From assembly GCA_964016885.1 (NCBI GenBank), contig OZ024741.1, forward strand, positions 351,106,001 to 351,170,000: 64,000 nucleotides of DNA. The letters run 5' to 3'. The notes beneath the pieces are model-generated. The model did no database searches. It was not told the DNA's origin and was given only the letters and a program-made list of their open reading frames with translations. Every line of letters starts with the position of its first letter. Position 1 is the first letter of the stretch. Shown in pieces: positions 1 to 10,660 of the stretch. A program made the position numbers and the translations under genes. The DNA is from Eledone cirrhosa. Taxonomy: Eukaryota.

Positions 1-1300
1 GTCGGCTGACCTTGTCTTGCTCATACGGGAACTGATTCTGTCTCGATTTCTACAGCTGGATGCCCTTCCTAACACCAACCCCATTTACAGTGAGTACTGG
101 GTGTTTTTTTTTTTTTGCCGTGGCACCTCCACGACCACTTTGCAGTGGAATGATAGGGACCCCAGTCCTATCATCTCATTTCTACAGCTGAGTAAACTGG
201 AGCAATGTGAAATAAAGTGTCTTGCTCAAGGAAACAACACATCACCCGGTCCGAGAATTAAACTCACAACCTTTCAATTGCAAGCCCAATGCTCTAACCA
301 CTGAGCCATGTGCCTTCTATTGTTGGCAATGTTAGGTCAGGTGACCATGTCTTGCTCATAAAGAACTGATTTTGGCTTGGTTTCTACAGCTGGATGCCCT
401 TCCTAATGCCAAGTTCATTTACAGTGAGTACTGGGTGTTTTTTGTTGTGATTCCTCCACGACTACTTTACAGTGTGGACTGGGTGTTTTTTACCGTGTCA
501 CCATCACGACCACTTTACAGTGTTTCGGCCTGTTCTCATGAAAGATATATTGGCGGGTGGGATGGAGTGGTGCATACTGTATGTATGTTTCAGCCTTGGC
601 CTGGGCCCGTGGGAAGTTGTGGTTTCTGTATTACCTCATAACGCCAGAGATCTTGGTCCTGTGTCACTGCCTTTCAGAGGTGCAATTGGGCAAAGTCGGC
701 TTTTATCACTTCATCTCAAGTCTTTCTGGGACTTTATGTAGCTGTCATCCTTCATACGAATCACATGTCCATACCAACATAATCTCCTCTCCTGCACACA
801 TTTGATTCCTCTTATGCCTAGTTTCTCTTTCAGTTTGTTTATGCTTTGCTGTTCGCGTATATTACTATTACACATCCATCGGAGCATACAAGCTTCATTC
901 CTTTCTAATCTACGCAAGTCTTCTACACACAGCGCCCAGCTCTCACTACCATGCAACATTGCCGTTCATATGCACACATCATACAGTCTACCTCTTATTC
1001 TGAGGGAAAAGCCTTTTGTATCCAGCTGTGGCAGTAGCTCCCTCAACTTCTTCCATCCCGTTCTTTCAGAACACCTCCCTCCGCTGCTAATTCGGTATTG
1101 TTTTTCCCAAGTCCTCCCAGACTTTGATGTCACTTGTTTTCAGTGATTGTTTGCTGCTTACTGTCCTGGTGCAACTGCTACATGTAAAGCCTACATTCTT
1201 AACTAAACTTCCTGAGATCTCACTACATCTCTTATGTACCCATAGTTTGCATATGGGGCAGAGGATGGAGTTTCTACCTACACCTCTCCTACATAATGAG
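1..1300 (-). mobile_element. Degenerate RTE-clade LINE 3' fragment (PHD, thumb and 3' UTR modules), interrupted by a SINE at ~170-320
   Basis: Minus-strand translations CSLCRRGVGRNSILCPICKLWVHKRCS and MLHGSESWALCVEDLRRLERNEACMLRWMC match the 2729-4123 ORF; UTR motif ctggatgcccttcctaa at 56 and 390. Confidence 0.85.
170..320 (-). mobile_element. tRNA-derived CORE-type SINE
   Basis: Reverse complement reads ggcacatggctcagtggttagagcattgggc (A box)...gtgagtttaattctc (B box)...ccttgagcaagacactttatttcacattgctccag; related copies at ~8800, ~16150, ~62860. Confidence 0.7.
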
Positions 1301-1344
1301 CACACACACACATATATATACACACACTCACATATATATATATA

Positions 1345-2176
1345 CTAGCCGAATTACCAGCGCCTTGCTCCGTTTCACTCATTTTTTTTGTAAGAAAATG
1401 ATGATTGATTTTAAATCAATGATATAATTTATGGAGAAAAACTCAATATTACTCAATGTAAATATAATGCATGAAAAATTGGAAAACATCATTTTTTGTA
1501 ATATATCAAATCAAAATTGCATTATTAAATCTTATTCTTATTTTGTTTCTTGTAAATAATTTTTTTCAAAATATCAATTGAAAACTTTTGTGAATAAGCA
1601 TCATATCTTGTCATTTACCTATGGTTTAAGTTTCATATATCGAAAGGGAGAAGTTTTCAGCAGGGGTTTGTACCCCTGGGGAACCCTAATAGGGGGTTTA
1701 ACCACGATTAAGGTGTCTTATAGTATTGAAATTTTGTGAATAGGCATCATATCTCTTCATTTATCTATGGTTTAAATTGCATATAAATCGAACCGAAAGA
1801 ATTTTCACCGGGGATTTTGTGCCCCCTGGTGAACCCTAATAGGGGGTTTAACCCCCATTAGGGTATTGTAATTTTATTGAAATTTGTTGAAATGATGTGA
1901 ATAGGCATCATATCTTGTCGTTTACCTATGGTTTAAATTGCATATAAATCGAAGGTAAAGTTTCAGCGGCGGTTTTGTGCCCCCGATGAATCCTTTGATT
2001 AAAATGAAATATACTTATACAAGTACCCTGGGCAATGTAGTTTCAGAATATATATGGTTATGGGGGTCTATCTCCAAAACCATAGGAGTTTGTAAAATCT
2101 TGGTCCATTTATTGGCCAAACTTTTCACTATAGGGCGTTTAACCCCCATTAGGGTGTCTTAATATTATTGAAATTT
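1345..2176 (-). mobile_element. Non-autonomous Helitron-like fragment with internal ~150 bp tandem repeats
   Basis: Minus strand ends ...cggagcaaggcgctggtaattcggCTAG|T (GC-rich subterminal segment then CTAG at 1345-1348); repeat units begin tgtgaata at 1589, 1735 and 1896. Confidence 0.55.
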
Positions 2177-2222
2177 GCACACACACACACACACACATAT
2201 ATATTTATATATATATACACAA

Positions 2223-2261
<39 letters not shown>

Positions 2262-2301
2262 CACACAAACACACACATATATATATATACACACACAAAC
2301 G

Positions 2302-2335
<34 letters not shown>

Positions 2336-2342
2336 CTTAATG

Positions 2343-4628
2343 ATGATGGCGTACTTGCCATCACTGACGCTGATAAGAAGGTAGCTTGGAAGTGTCACTA
2401 CGAAAGGCTTCTAAATGGGAGAAAGACAGTCTCCCCCACATCGACCCAATAGAGGGACCGGCAGTGTTAGTCGAAGGTAGTATAATAAGTAAGGCAATCA
2501 AAGATATGAAGATGGGTAAGGCGGCTGGGCCTTCGGAAATAGTTGCTGAGATGCTGAAAGCCTCTGGAACGGTGGGACACACCATGGTCACCCAGATAGT
2601 AAACCAAGTCATACAGAATGGGGTTGTTCCGAAGGACTGGCGTAGCAGCATCATCATTAACTGTTACAAGGGTAAAGGAGATGCCCTAGATAGGAGTAAC
2701 TAGAGGCATTAAATTAATCGACCAGGTCATGAAGGTCACGGAAAAAGTAATAGCGCAACTAATCAGAGAGAGAATTGATCTAGATGAAATGCAGTTCGGT
2801 TTTGTGTCAGGCAAAAGTACCACAGACGCTCTTTTCATTGTACGACAACTACAGGAGAAGTACCTAGCTAAAAGTAAACCCCTATACTTAGCTTTTGTTG
2901 ACTTGGAGAAAGCCTTCGACAGAATCCCCCATTCCATTATCTGGTGGGCTCTTAGAAAACTAGGTGTTGACGAATGGCTTGTGAGAGCTATACAAGCCAT
3001 GTATAAAGAAACAGTCAGCAAGGTTAGAATTAACAACGAATATAGTGAAGAGTTTAGTGTAAAAGTTGGTGTTCATCAGGGCTCTGTTCTTAGCCCCCTA
3101 CTATTTATTATTGCCCTTCAGGCTATAACAGTGGAGTTCAAGACCGGCTGCCCATGGGAACTCCTATACGCAGATGATCTAACGCTCATAGCTGAATCAA
3201 TGGCTGAGCTAGAGAAGAAATTCCAAACATGGAAGCACGGCCTAGAATCAAAAGGCCTTAAAATTAACCTGGCTAAGACTAAAGTTCTAGTTTGTAGGAA
3301 AGAAAATAAGGAGACGGTCCCTTCCGGGAAATGGCCATGCTCAGTGTGTAGGAAAGGCGTAGGTAGAAACTCCATTTTATGTCCCAAATGCAAAGTATGG
3401 GTGCATAAAAGATGTAGTGGGATCACAGGTAAGCTCACTAAGAACATAGATTTTACATGTGGCCGGTGCTCTGGTGCAATAAGTAGCAGCAAGTGCCCAC
3501 AAAATACTAGCTTTTTCAATTGCGCAGAGGGTTCTATAGAAATAGTGGACAGCTTCCGTTACCTGGGTGACAAAATCAGCAGTGGGGGAGGGTGCTCTGA
3601 AAGTACAGCAGCTAGAGTCAGAACTGGATGGAAAAAGTTCAGAGAGCTTATACCACTATTAGCCACTAAAGGGTTCTCCCTAAAAATGAAAGGCAGGTTG
3701 TATGATGCCTGCATACGAACAGCAATGTTGCATGGCAGTGAGACCTGGGCATTGTGTGCAGAAGATATACGCAGACTAGAGAGGAACGAAGCTTGCATGC
3801 TCCGCTGGATGTGTAATAGTAACATACGTGAACGGCAAAGCATAAGCGAACTAAGGAAAAAATTAGAAATAAGAGGGATCAGATGTTGTTTACTCGAGAG
3901 AAGGCTACGTTGGTATGGTCACGTGATGCGCATGAAAGACGACAGCTGTATAACAAAGTGCAGGGCAATAAAGATAGACGGTAGCTACGGAGTAGGCAGA
4001 CCCAGAAAAACCTGGGACGAGCTGATAAATTCCGACCTCACACACTTACACCTCTCCAAGACAATGTCACTGGACCGAGACCTTTGGCGGTACTCAGTAA
4101 TAGAGAAGACCCGCCTTACCTAAATACAAAGTAAAACCTACGACAGTCAGTAGGCATCTCAAACAAAATACACCCTCGTCCCACCACCCCCACCCCATCC
4201 ACACCGCCCCTTTCAATGTAAAGTTATGTTGGTGCCACAACATCCAGGCCGAAACAAATGAGATCGTGTAGGTGTCACGACAAAAAACACACAGTCCTCG
4301 CTGTAATGTGGCCGTGTAGGCAACACGGTAAAAACCTCCCAGCCCCACACTGTAAATGTGGTTGGTGTTAGGAAGGGCATCCAGCTGTAGAAAACCCGCC
4401 AGACAGTCCACGCTGTAATGTGACTGTGTAGGCAACACGGTAAAAACCTCCCAGCCCCACACTGTAAATGTGGTTGGTGTTAGGAAGGGTATCCAGCTGT
4501 AGAAAACCCGCCAGACAGTCCTATGCGAGCAAGACAATCACTCTTGCCTCAAGTGGGAAAACCCCCATCCAAACCCATGCAAGCGTGGAACACGGACGTT
4601 AAACGTTGATGATGATGATGATGATGAT
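2343..4628 (+). mobile_element. 5'-truncated RTE-clade LINE with (GAT)n tail
   Basis: RT motifs KAAGPSEI, FVDLEKAFD, GVHQGSVLSPLLF, LLYADD; frameshift near 2703; 3' UTR ending ggacgttaaacgttgatgatgatgatg. Confidence 0.95.
2729..4123 (+). CDS. RTE reverse transcriptase (partial ORF) with internal PHD-like zinc finger
   Basis: 464-aa ORF; YADD active site; WPCSVC...ILCPKCKVWVHKRC...FTCGRC (C4HC3); thumb region RRLRWYGHVMRM. Confidence 0.9.
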   Translation: MKVTEKVIAQLIRERIDLDEMQFGFVSGKSTTDALFIVRQLQEKYLAKSKPLYLAFVDLEKAFDRIPHSIIWWALRKLGVDEWLVRAIQAMYKETVSKVRINNEYSEEFSVKVGVHQGSVLSPLLFIIALQAITVEFKTGCPWELLYADDLTLIAESMAELEKKFQTWKHGLESKGLKINLAKTKVLVCRKENKETVPSGKWPCSVCRKGVGRNSILCPKCKVWVHKRCSGITGKLTKNIDFTCGRCSGAISSSKCPQNTSFFNCAEGSIEIVDSFRYLGDKISSGGGCSESTAARVRTGWKKFRELIPLLATKGFSLKMKGRLYDACIRTAMLHGSETWALCAEDIRRLERNEACMLRWMCNSNIRERQSISELRKKLEIRGIRCCLLERRLRWYGHVMRMKDDSCITKCRAIKIDGSYGVGRPRKTWDELINSDLTHLHLSKTMSLDRDLWRYSVIEKTRLT

Positions 4629-4815
4629 ACACAAACACACACACACATATTTATATCTTTTAGCAGAGCATTTTAATATTGCCACTCAATGAAAACCCTT
4701 TGTTTGTTTGGAATAAATGAATCTTGAAAATTAGGAGTGCCTGTCAGTGTGTATGTGTTTGTCTACTTAGCATCAATTTACTACTCTCCCCTACCACCAG
4801 AAAATGTATAAATAC

Positions 4816-4887
4816 CACTATATTGACAGTCGGCTTTTCTGATGATTTCCTCCGAATGAAACAGTTCTAGTCCTGTTGAAGCCATTT
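4816..4887 (-). CDS. Candidate internal exon of the gene starting at 10660 (E-MASTGLELFHSEEIIRKADCQYS-G)
   Basis: taatatAG acceptor and G|GTATTT donor; 72 nt, phase 1/1, open and in frame with the phase-1 end of exon 10567-10669; lies in non-repeat DNA. Confidence 0.3.
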
Positions 4888-4989
4888 CTATATTAAATAT
4901 ATATATATACTCTTTTAGCTGTTCCAGCCATCCGGCTGAGACCGTGATTGGGCACTGCCCTTGTTGCTATCTCCAGCCTGTGTTGGCTG

Positions 4990-5280
4990 GCCATTGATGT
5001 AAGAGGGAGTTCGTTGCTGCTACCCTTAGGTTACCTTTGTACCGTGATGTGGGCTCATCCGGGATCCTGGATAACAGGGTGTCGAGAATTTTCTTGAAAA
5101 TATCCATGGCCACACCATGTAGATCTCTCAAATCCCTCAGCAGTTTGTTGAAGAGTTGAGGGCCTTTGAACCCCAGTTTATTGCAATATCTGCTTCTTGT
5201 TCTAGATGTGGAAGACGGGACCTTTGTCACCACACAGTGACGTCCTGTTCGGGGGTTGGTCCCGCTCTCAATACCAAAGC
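4990..5280 (-). mobile_element. CR1/L2-type LINE 3' fragment
   Basis: Translation GPQLFNKL..DLRDL....DIFKKILDTLLSRIPDEP resembles a CR1-group ORF2 C-terminus. Confidence 0.65.
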
Positions 5281-6174
5281 CTTCATAGTATCAACATGGT
5301 CTCCTGGTCTCATATAGAAAACCTCAAATAAAAAGTCAAGATTTGTTTCGATTTAATAGAGCAGAAAGAATTCACGTCAGAATATTCCAACCAATCCAAC
5401 CTATATCAGCTGAATAAATATGTATATGGAGATATATATACACACCCACATGCACATATATATATATACACACACACATGCACGCACACACTCAAACACA
5501 CACACATACATACACGCATGCATGCATACATGATGGCTGCCCCCTCATTATCGAGTATGGCCATTGCACGAAATACCATTATTAATAATTATTAATTAAT
5601 TCTATCGTGCAATGCCTGTACATGAAGATATTTTTTTAAATGAGGAAAGACTGCACTGAGCCAATCCCACTCTCTGAGCGACAGTAGCTATAACCCGAAA
5701 AGAAAATATCAACATCATCGGTAACTACTGAGCCGCAGGTTTTATATCGGAGTTATCCCAGTTTCCTGAGTTGCCTTCTCCTAGAAGAATGCCCTGACAA
5801 AGACTAGGGGTCCTTCACTCCCAGTGGTTTAACCACGCGATCGGGTGTCCAGCCCAATTATTTCTATGTCCCCGCGCATATACATACACATGTACCCATG
5901 TATATACACATATACATATACATACATATGTACATGTGTATATACATATTTACACACTTTTGGATGGCTGTTGACTCTTATGAGATCTTCCGCCCTTTGT
6001 CAGGTTTTGTTTTTTGTCCTGCAGGGTGTCCAAAATCACCCTCCTCACCAAGTAAACTTGGTGGGGTTGCCGGTTTAGTCGCCGACGACCCGACCATGTG
6101 ACAGGTTGTACTGGGTTACATGTTACCAATAGCAATCACGAGTGACCCGACATACATCCATACATACATACTAC

Positions 6175-8535
6175 ATAATGCTGCAAACTCGTGTTCAAGT
6201 ATTGCCATCGCCCGATGTTCTGGCTGTATGTTCACATGTATCTTTTAAGACCTCCCATGCTTGTACATTTCTTACACCTTTTCAGATCATGATCTACATG
6301 AGGTCTACTGATATAACTTTGTTCATGTCTAATCAAACCAGCTTTGCTCAGGCTGACTCGACCACAGTGCTGGCAAACCAGATGATGTTCAACAGCAGGC
6401 AGTTCAGAACAGTCTCAATCCTCACCTTTCTTTTCAGTGTTAGGTGTTCTCTCTGACGAGTTTCAAAGTGTTCACCACCCAACTTGATCAAACGTCTCCA
6501 CTTCACATGCTCGTCAGCCATTTTCTCCCATTTGTCAGATGAAATTCCAGCACAAGCCAAGGTGCTCCTGATACAGTCCCGGTACCGCCTTTTTGGTTTA
6601 TGTGGTGGTCGCCTTCCTTCACACAGTTCTCCATAGAGAAGTTGCTTTAGAATACGATCATCAGACATCCGGACCACGTGACTGCACCACCTCAACCGAT
6701 ACCGAAAGATTATGCTCTCTATAGTCACGCACCTGCTCCGTTCTAGAACTTCCAAATCACTGGCGAACATTTTCCACCACACCCCAAATAACTTATGAAG
6801 AGATTGTTGGTGAAATCTCTCCAGATCCTTGAGGTGCTTTCTGTATATGACCCACGTTTCACAAACATAAAGTAAAGAGGAGACGACACAAGTCAGATAC
6901 ACTTTCACCTTGGTTTCGATAGTGATACCTCGTCTGGACCATAAACGTTGATGCAGCCGTCCAAAAGCATCACTGGCTTTCTTGATTCTTAAGGATATTT
7001 CATTATGATGTGTGCATGAAGTGTTCAACGTACTACCAAGGTAAACAAACTTGTCAGCAACTTTTAGCCTCTTTCCGTACACGTACACACTTGGTGCAGT
7101 GTACTCGTTTCCAGGTACTGGCTGATACATCACAACAGTCTTTTCCAAGCTTATTGTGACACCCAAAGTGCTGCAAGCTGCAGAAAAAGAGTTCATAATA
7201 TGCTGCATGTCACTTTGTGAGTGTGCAAAAAGATCGCAGTCGTCTGCATACAAAAACTCTCGGATTATAGATGTTAATACTTTTGTGCTTGTACCAAAGC
7301 GCCTGGTGTTGAACAACCTTCCTGAAGTGCGATACCTGATGTAAACCCCATGAGAACAATATTTGAATGCCATGAGAAACACTATCGTAAAATATAAGGA
7401 AAACAGAGTTGGAGCCGGAATGTCCCCCTGCTTCACTCCATTTTCAACTGATATTGGTTCAGAGATGCTACCACCAATACTGACCAAAGCCTTCATGTCA
7501 TCATGGAAAAGATGCAGAATCTTCTACCCTACCTTGGATTTTTTTCCCACAACGCAGTTTGATTGACAGTGTCAAAGGCTTTTGTCAAGTCAACAAAGAC
7601 CTGGTAAAGGTCCATACATTGTTCGATACACTTTTCTTGCAGCTGCCGAGCAGAAACGATCATACCCACTGTTCCTCTTTCGTTTCTGAACCCACACTGC
7701 GACTCAGGCAACACATTCAGAGCAACTCTTGGGATCAATCTATCCATCAATATTCGACACGACTTTACCAACTACTGAAAGAAGGGATATGACATGATAA
7801 TTGCCACATTTGTCCTTGCTGTCCTTTCCTTTATGGAGAATCACCATGAGCACATCCTTCTTGTGGGACATTCTCATCTTCCCACACCGTTTTCATGAGG
7901 TCAGTCAGGCGCTGCGTGAAGTTTTCACCACCACACTTCAAAACCGCTCCACTCAGACCATCCATACCAGGAGACTTACCACAGTTCAGCTTATGCACAA
8001 CAGAAGTCCCCTCTGCAAGAGAAGATACATTAGCCATCTCATATGCATCACTGGTTCAATAGGAATGGAACAAATGAAATCATCATCAACCTGGTTTAAG
8101 AGCTCATCAAAGTGATCTTTCTATCTGTCGAGTGTCTTTTGGGTCACGCAGTAATTGCTTGCCATCTTTCGATCTCAAAGGGGCCACTGGAGAGCTGAAA
8201 GGGCCATACACCTCTGTGAGTAGAAGGTGCAGCAGTTTCACATTGTTGCCGTCAGATTCCACTTGAACTTCATCTGCTTTGTTGCTCCACCAGGTATTTT
8301 GCATAGCCCTGAGTTTCACCTGCACTTCCTTCTTTACCTGTCTGTAACGCTCATAATTGTCACCAACAGAGCTACCACCTTTAAGAACTGCATCAAGTGC
8401 CTTTTGTTTTCTGTCAGCAGAGCCTTGACCTCCTGGTCATTCTCATCAAACCAGTCCTTGTTTTCTTGTGACAAAGCCAAGGACCTCTGCTGAAGCCTCA
8501 TAGACCGAGCTCCTGAAGTCCTTCCAGTTGTTCTC
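6175..8535 (-). mobile_element. Degenerate RTE-BovB-like LINE
   Basis: Fragments LPESQCGFR, FVDLTKAFDTVN, GVKQGDIPAPTLF, FLYADDCDL, RLRWCSHVVRM, LKQLLYGEL with several frameshifts. Confidence 0.9.
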
Positions 8536-8796
8536 AAACACGCATGCATACTTACATATATACATGTATACATACATGCATACATAAATCCATCCATCGA
8601 TACGTGTATACATACATACATACATACAATGGTTAAAGTGTTTGGGTTCATATTTGGGACCGGGTAGTTATTGAATCAACCTGATATCAATGTTTATTAT
8701 ACAGCACACTTCCTCTTTGGTATAATATGACACATAGTAATATCTAACATAGTACCCATCTAATCTGTTATAATATGATTTACCTTTCCTCTGTGA

Positions 8797-8905
8797 AGGC
8801 ACATGCCTTGTGGGTTACGGTACTGGACTAACCATTATAAAGTCATGGGCTCGTTTCTTCGATCCTGCAACATGTTGCGTCCTTCAGTAAAATACTTTAG
8901 TTCGT
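8797..8905 (+). mobile_element. Degenerate tRNA-derived CORE-type SINE head
   Basis: ggcacatgccttgtgggttacggtactggact...gtccttcagtaaaatactt, similar to the copies at 170-320 and 62860. Confidence 0.5.
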
Positions 8906-9234
8906 GTAGCATCTTCTACCAGGACTTGCGGCAGACAGATAATATCAGTAATGGAAAAAACCTTGTTTCATTAGTATGACCTGGAAATCAGTTCCACTCT
9001 ATTTATCTTCTTTATTAAAGGCAATCAAATTATTTTTTATTTTATTCTTTTTCTTATTTTTCCATGTTTGTTAAATAAATTCCAAAAAATGGAACTAAAT
9101 TGAAATTTTGTAATAAAATTTCCATAAAAGTTAATGTTTACAATACAATAAAATGTAATAAAATGTATTGAAGTCGACGAAATGTGGACCTTCATTTTTG
9201 AAAGATGGATAATGCTATAAGCAGACCTTACAAT

Positions 9235-9464
9235 ATTGTACCACAATTTTCCTTTGTGCAAAGTGGGCAGCCGAATTTAGGAAAGGATAGGGGATTCTTG
9301 AAGATGACCCAATGTCTGGACGTCCTACAACTGCCACTACCGAGGAAAACATTGATCTCAGTACTGCAACACCGATGGAAGTGTGTGGAACGCAAGGGAG
9401 ACTATGTTGAAAAATAAACGTCATTTGGTCACATTCCATGAGAGTATCTTTGTCAACCCTTGTA
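9235..9464 (+). mobile_element. Internally deleted mariner remnant
   Basis: Reads KWAAEF..G..LEDDP.SGRPTTATTEENID (mariner HTH region) joined directly to the C-terminal QHRWKCVERKGDYVEK*. Confidence 0.75.
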
Positions 9465-9499
9465 TCTATACGCAATATACGTAAAGATACAGAATTGCG

Positions 9500-9794
9500 G
9501 GCACTACAACGCTATTAGCTGTCATATTTGTTGGTGAAAAAAATTTGATTATAAAACTTAAATTTATGAATGACTTGTTTTCTACATTGATAACCATGAC
9601 TTGTTTTCTAATTAAGTTAAATTTGTTTTCTAATTTGGCCCTTTTAAGGGCTACCTATATTTTCATTTAAGTAACTCCACTTACATCGATATGTTTTATT
9701 AAAATAACGCGTGGTAATACGGAAATAAACGATGTTTACGATTGAGAAGGTTGACGAAACTTTCACTTCTGACAGCTAATAGCATGGTAGTGCC
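9500..9794. mobile_element. MITE-like element with 25-bp terminal inverted repeats
   Basis: ggcactacaacgctattagctgtca (9500-9524) vs tgacagctaatagcatggtagtgcc (9770-9794), 2 mismatches; no clear TSD. Confidence 0.55.
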
Positions 9795-9986
9795 TTTTTT
9801 TTTCTTAGCGAACCCCAGCAGGTGCTTTTCTATAAATTTACCATTTTTTTCTTATATATTATTTCTTAAATATATATATATACATGTGTTTATACACATA
9901 TATATGTGTGTGTAAATCTACATACGTGTTTATACGTATTTCATACCATATAGTTACTTCCTACATGTGTTATGATTTATATTATA

Positions 9987-10088
9987 ATCCCGCCGAGGTT
10001 AACTTTGCCTTTCATCCTTACGGGGTCGATAAAATAAAGTACTAGTAATGTACTGGGTAATTGCTGGCCTAAAGTAGAAACAATTATA
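9987..10088 (+). mobile_element. 5'-truncated tRNA-derived SINE (Meta/MESC-like core)
   Basis: ccgccgaggttaactttgcctttcatccttacggggtcgataaaataaagtac, the same core as the full copy at 57725. Confidence 0.85.
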
Positions 10089-10566
10089 TTATATATATGC
10101 ATACGTACATATTTATATATACAGAGAGAGAGATATTAGTGGCAGAAAAGATAGTCTAGGTGTAAGGAATAGCAACCAAATCCCCCTCAAAACCACACCT
10201 TGTCTTTTGAAACGATAGTCCTTGGTATACATACAAAAGACGGGATTGTCACAAGTGGAATTCCTTTGGTTCAATAGGTTTGCTGGATTGGGACAGACCT
10301 GGTGTTAAACAATGCCGAGACATAAAAGAGAGCTGTGGTCACAAAATGAACGATGATGAACCATTAAGAAATGTGTTTGCCATAATGAAATTAACGACAA
10401 CCTTATATTTTAGAAGTACCGTGTATCAATTATATTTCATTAGCTACGTATTTCAGTGTATCGTGCATATTTGAGCGGCAGAGACTTCAACACATTGTTT
10501 ACGGCAATAAAAGGTGTCCATGTGATAAGCATTAGAAATGTAAGATAAAATAAAAATGACACTTAC

Positions 10567-10660
10567 CCATTCTGGACGGGTCATCAGCGTCAGCCACAAG
10601 CTGTACGTCATGTTTATCTGTGACCTCCGTAGATCCATAACTACTACCGTTTGTCTCCAT
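10567..10660 (-). CDS. Probable first coding exon of an unidentified host gene (METNGSSYGSTEVTDKHDVQLVADADDPSRM-)
   Basis: Pyrimidine-rich acceptor ctccttccccAG (exon starts 10669), ATG at 10660, 31 open codons +1 nt, perfect donor G|GTAAGT at 10566; unique sequence. Confidence 0.6.

Noticed and set aside
2149-2452. ORFs rich in YI/HT/CV dipeptides (also 36254-36572, 42288-42659, 43761-44208)
   Set aside because: Translations of (TA)n/(CA)n microsatellites
3118-3843. Antisense ORFs over LINE RT regions (also 27331-27942, 33579-34736)
   Set aside because: Shadow ORFs of the sense RT frames
5300-5410. Possible extra minus-strand exon (LDWLEYSDVNSF...)
   Set aside because: The frame compatible with the upstream phase-1 exon hits a stop, and the donor is weak
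9502-9792. CACTA/EnSpm assignment from CACTACAA...TAGTG
   Set aside because: The inverted repeat extends beyond CACTA and no 2-3 bp TSD is present
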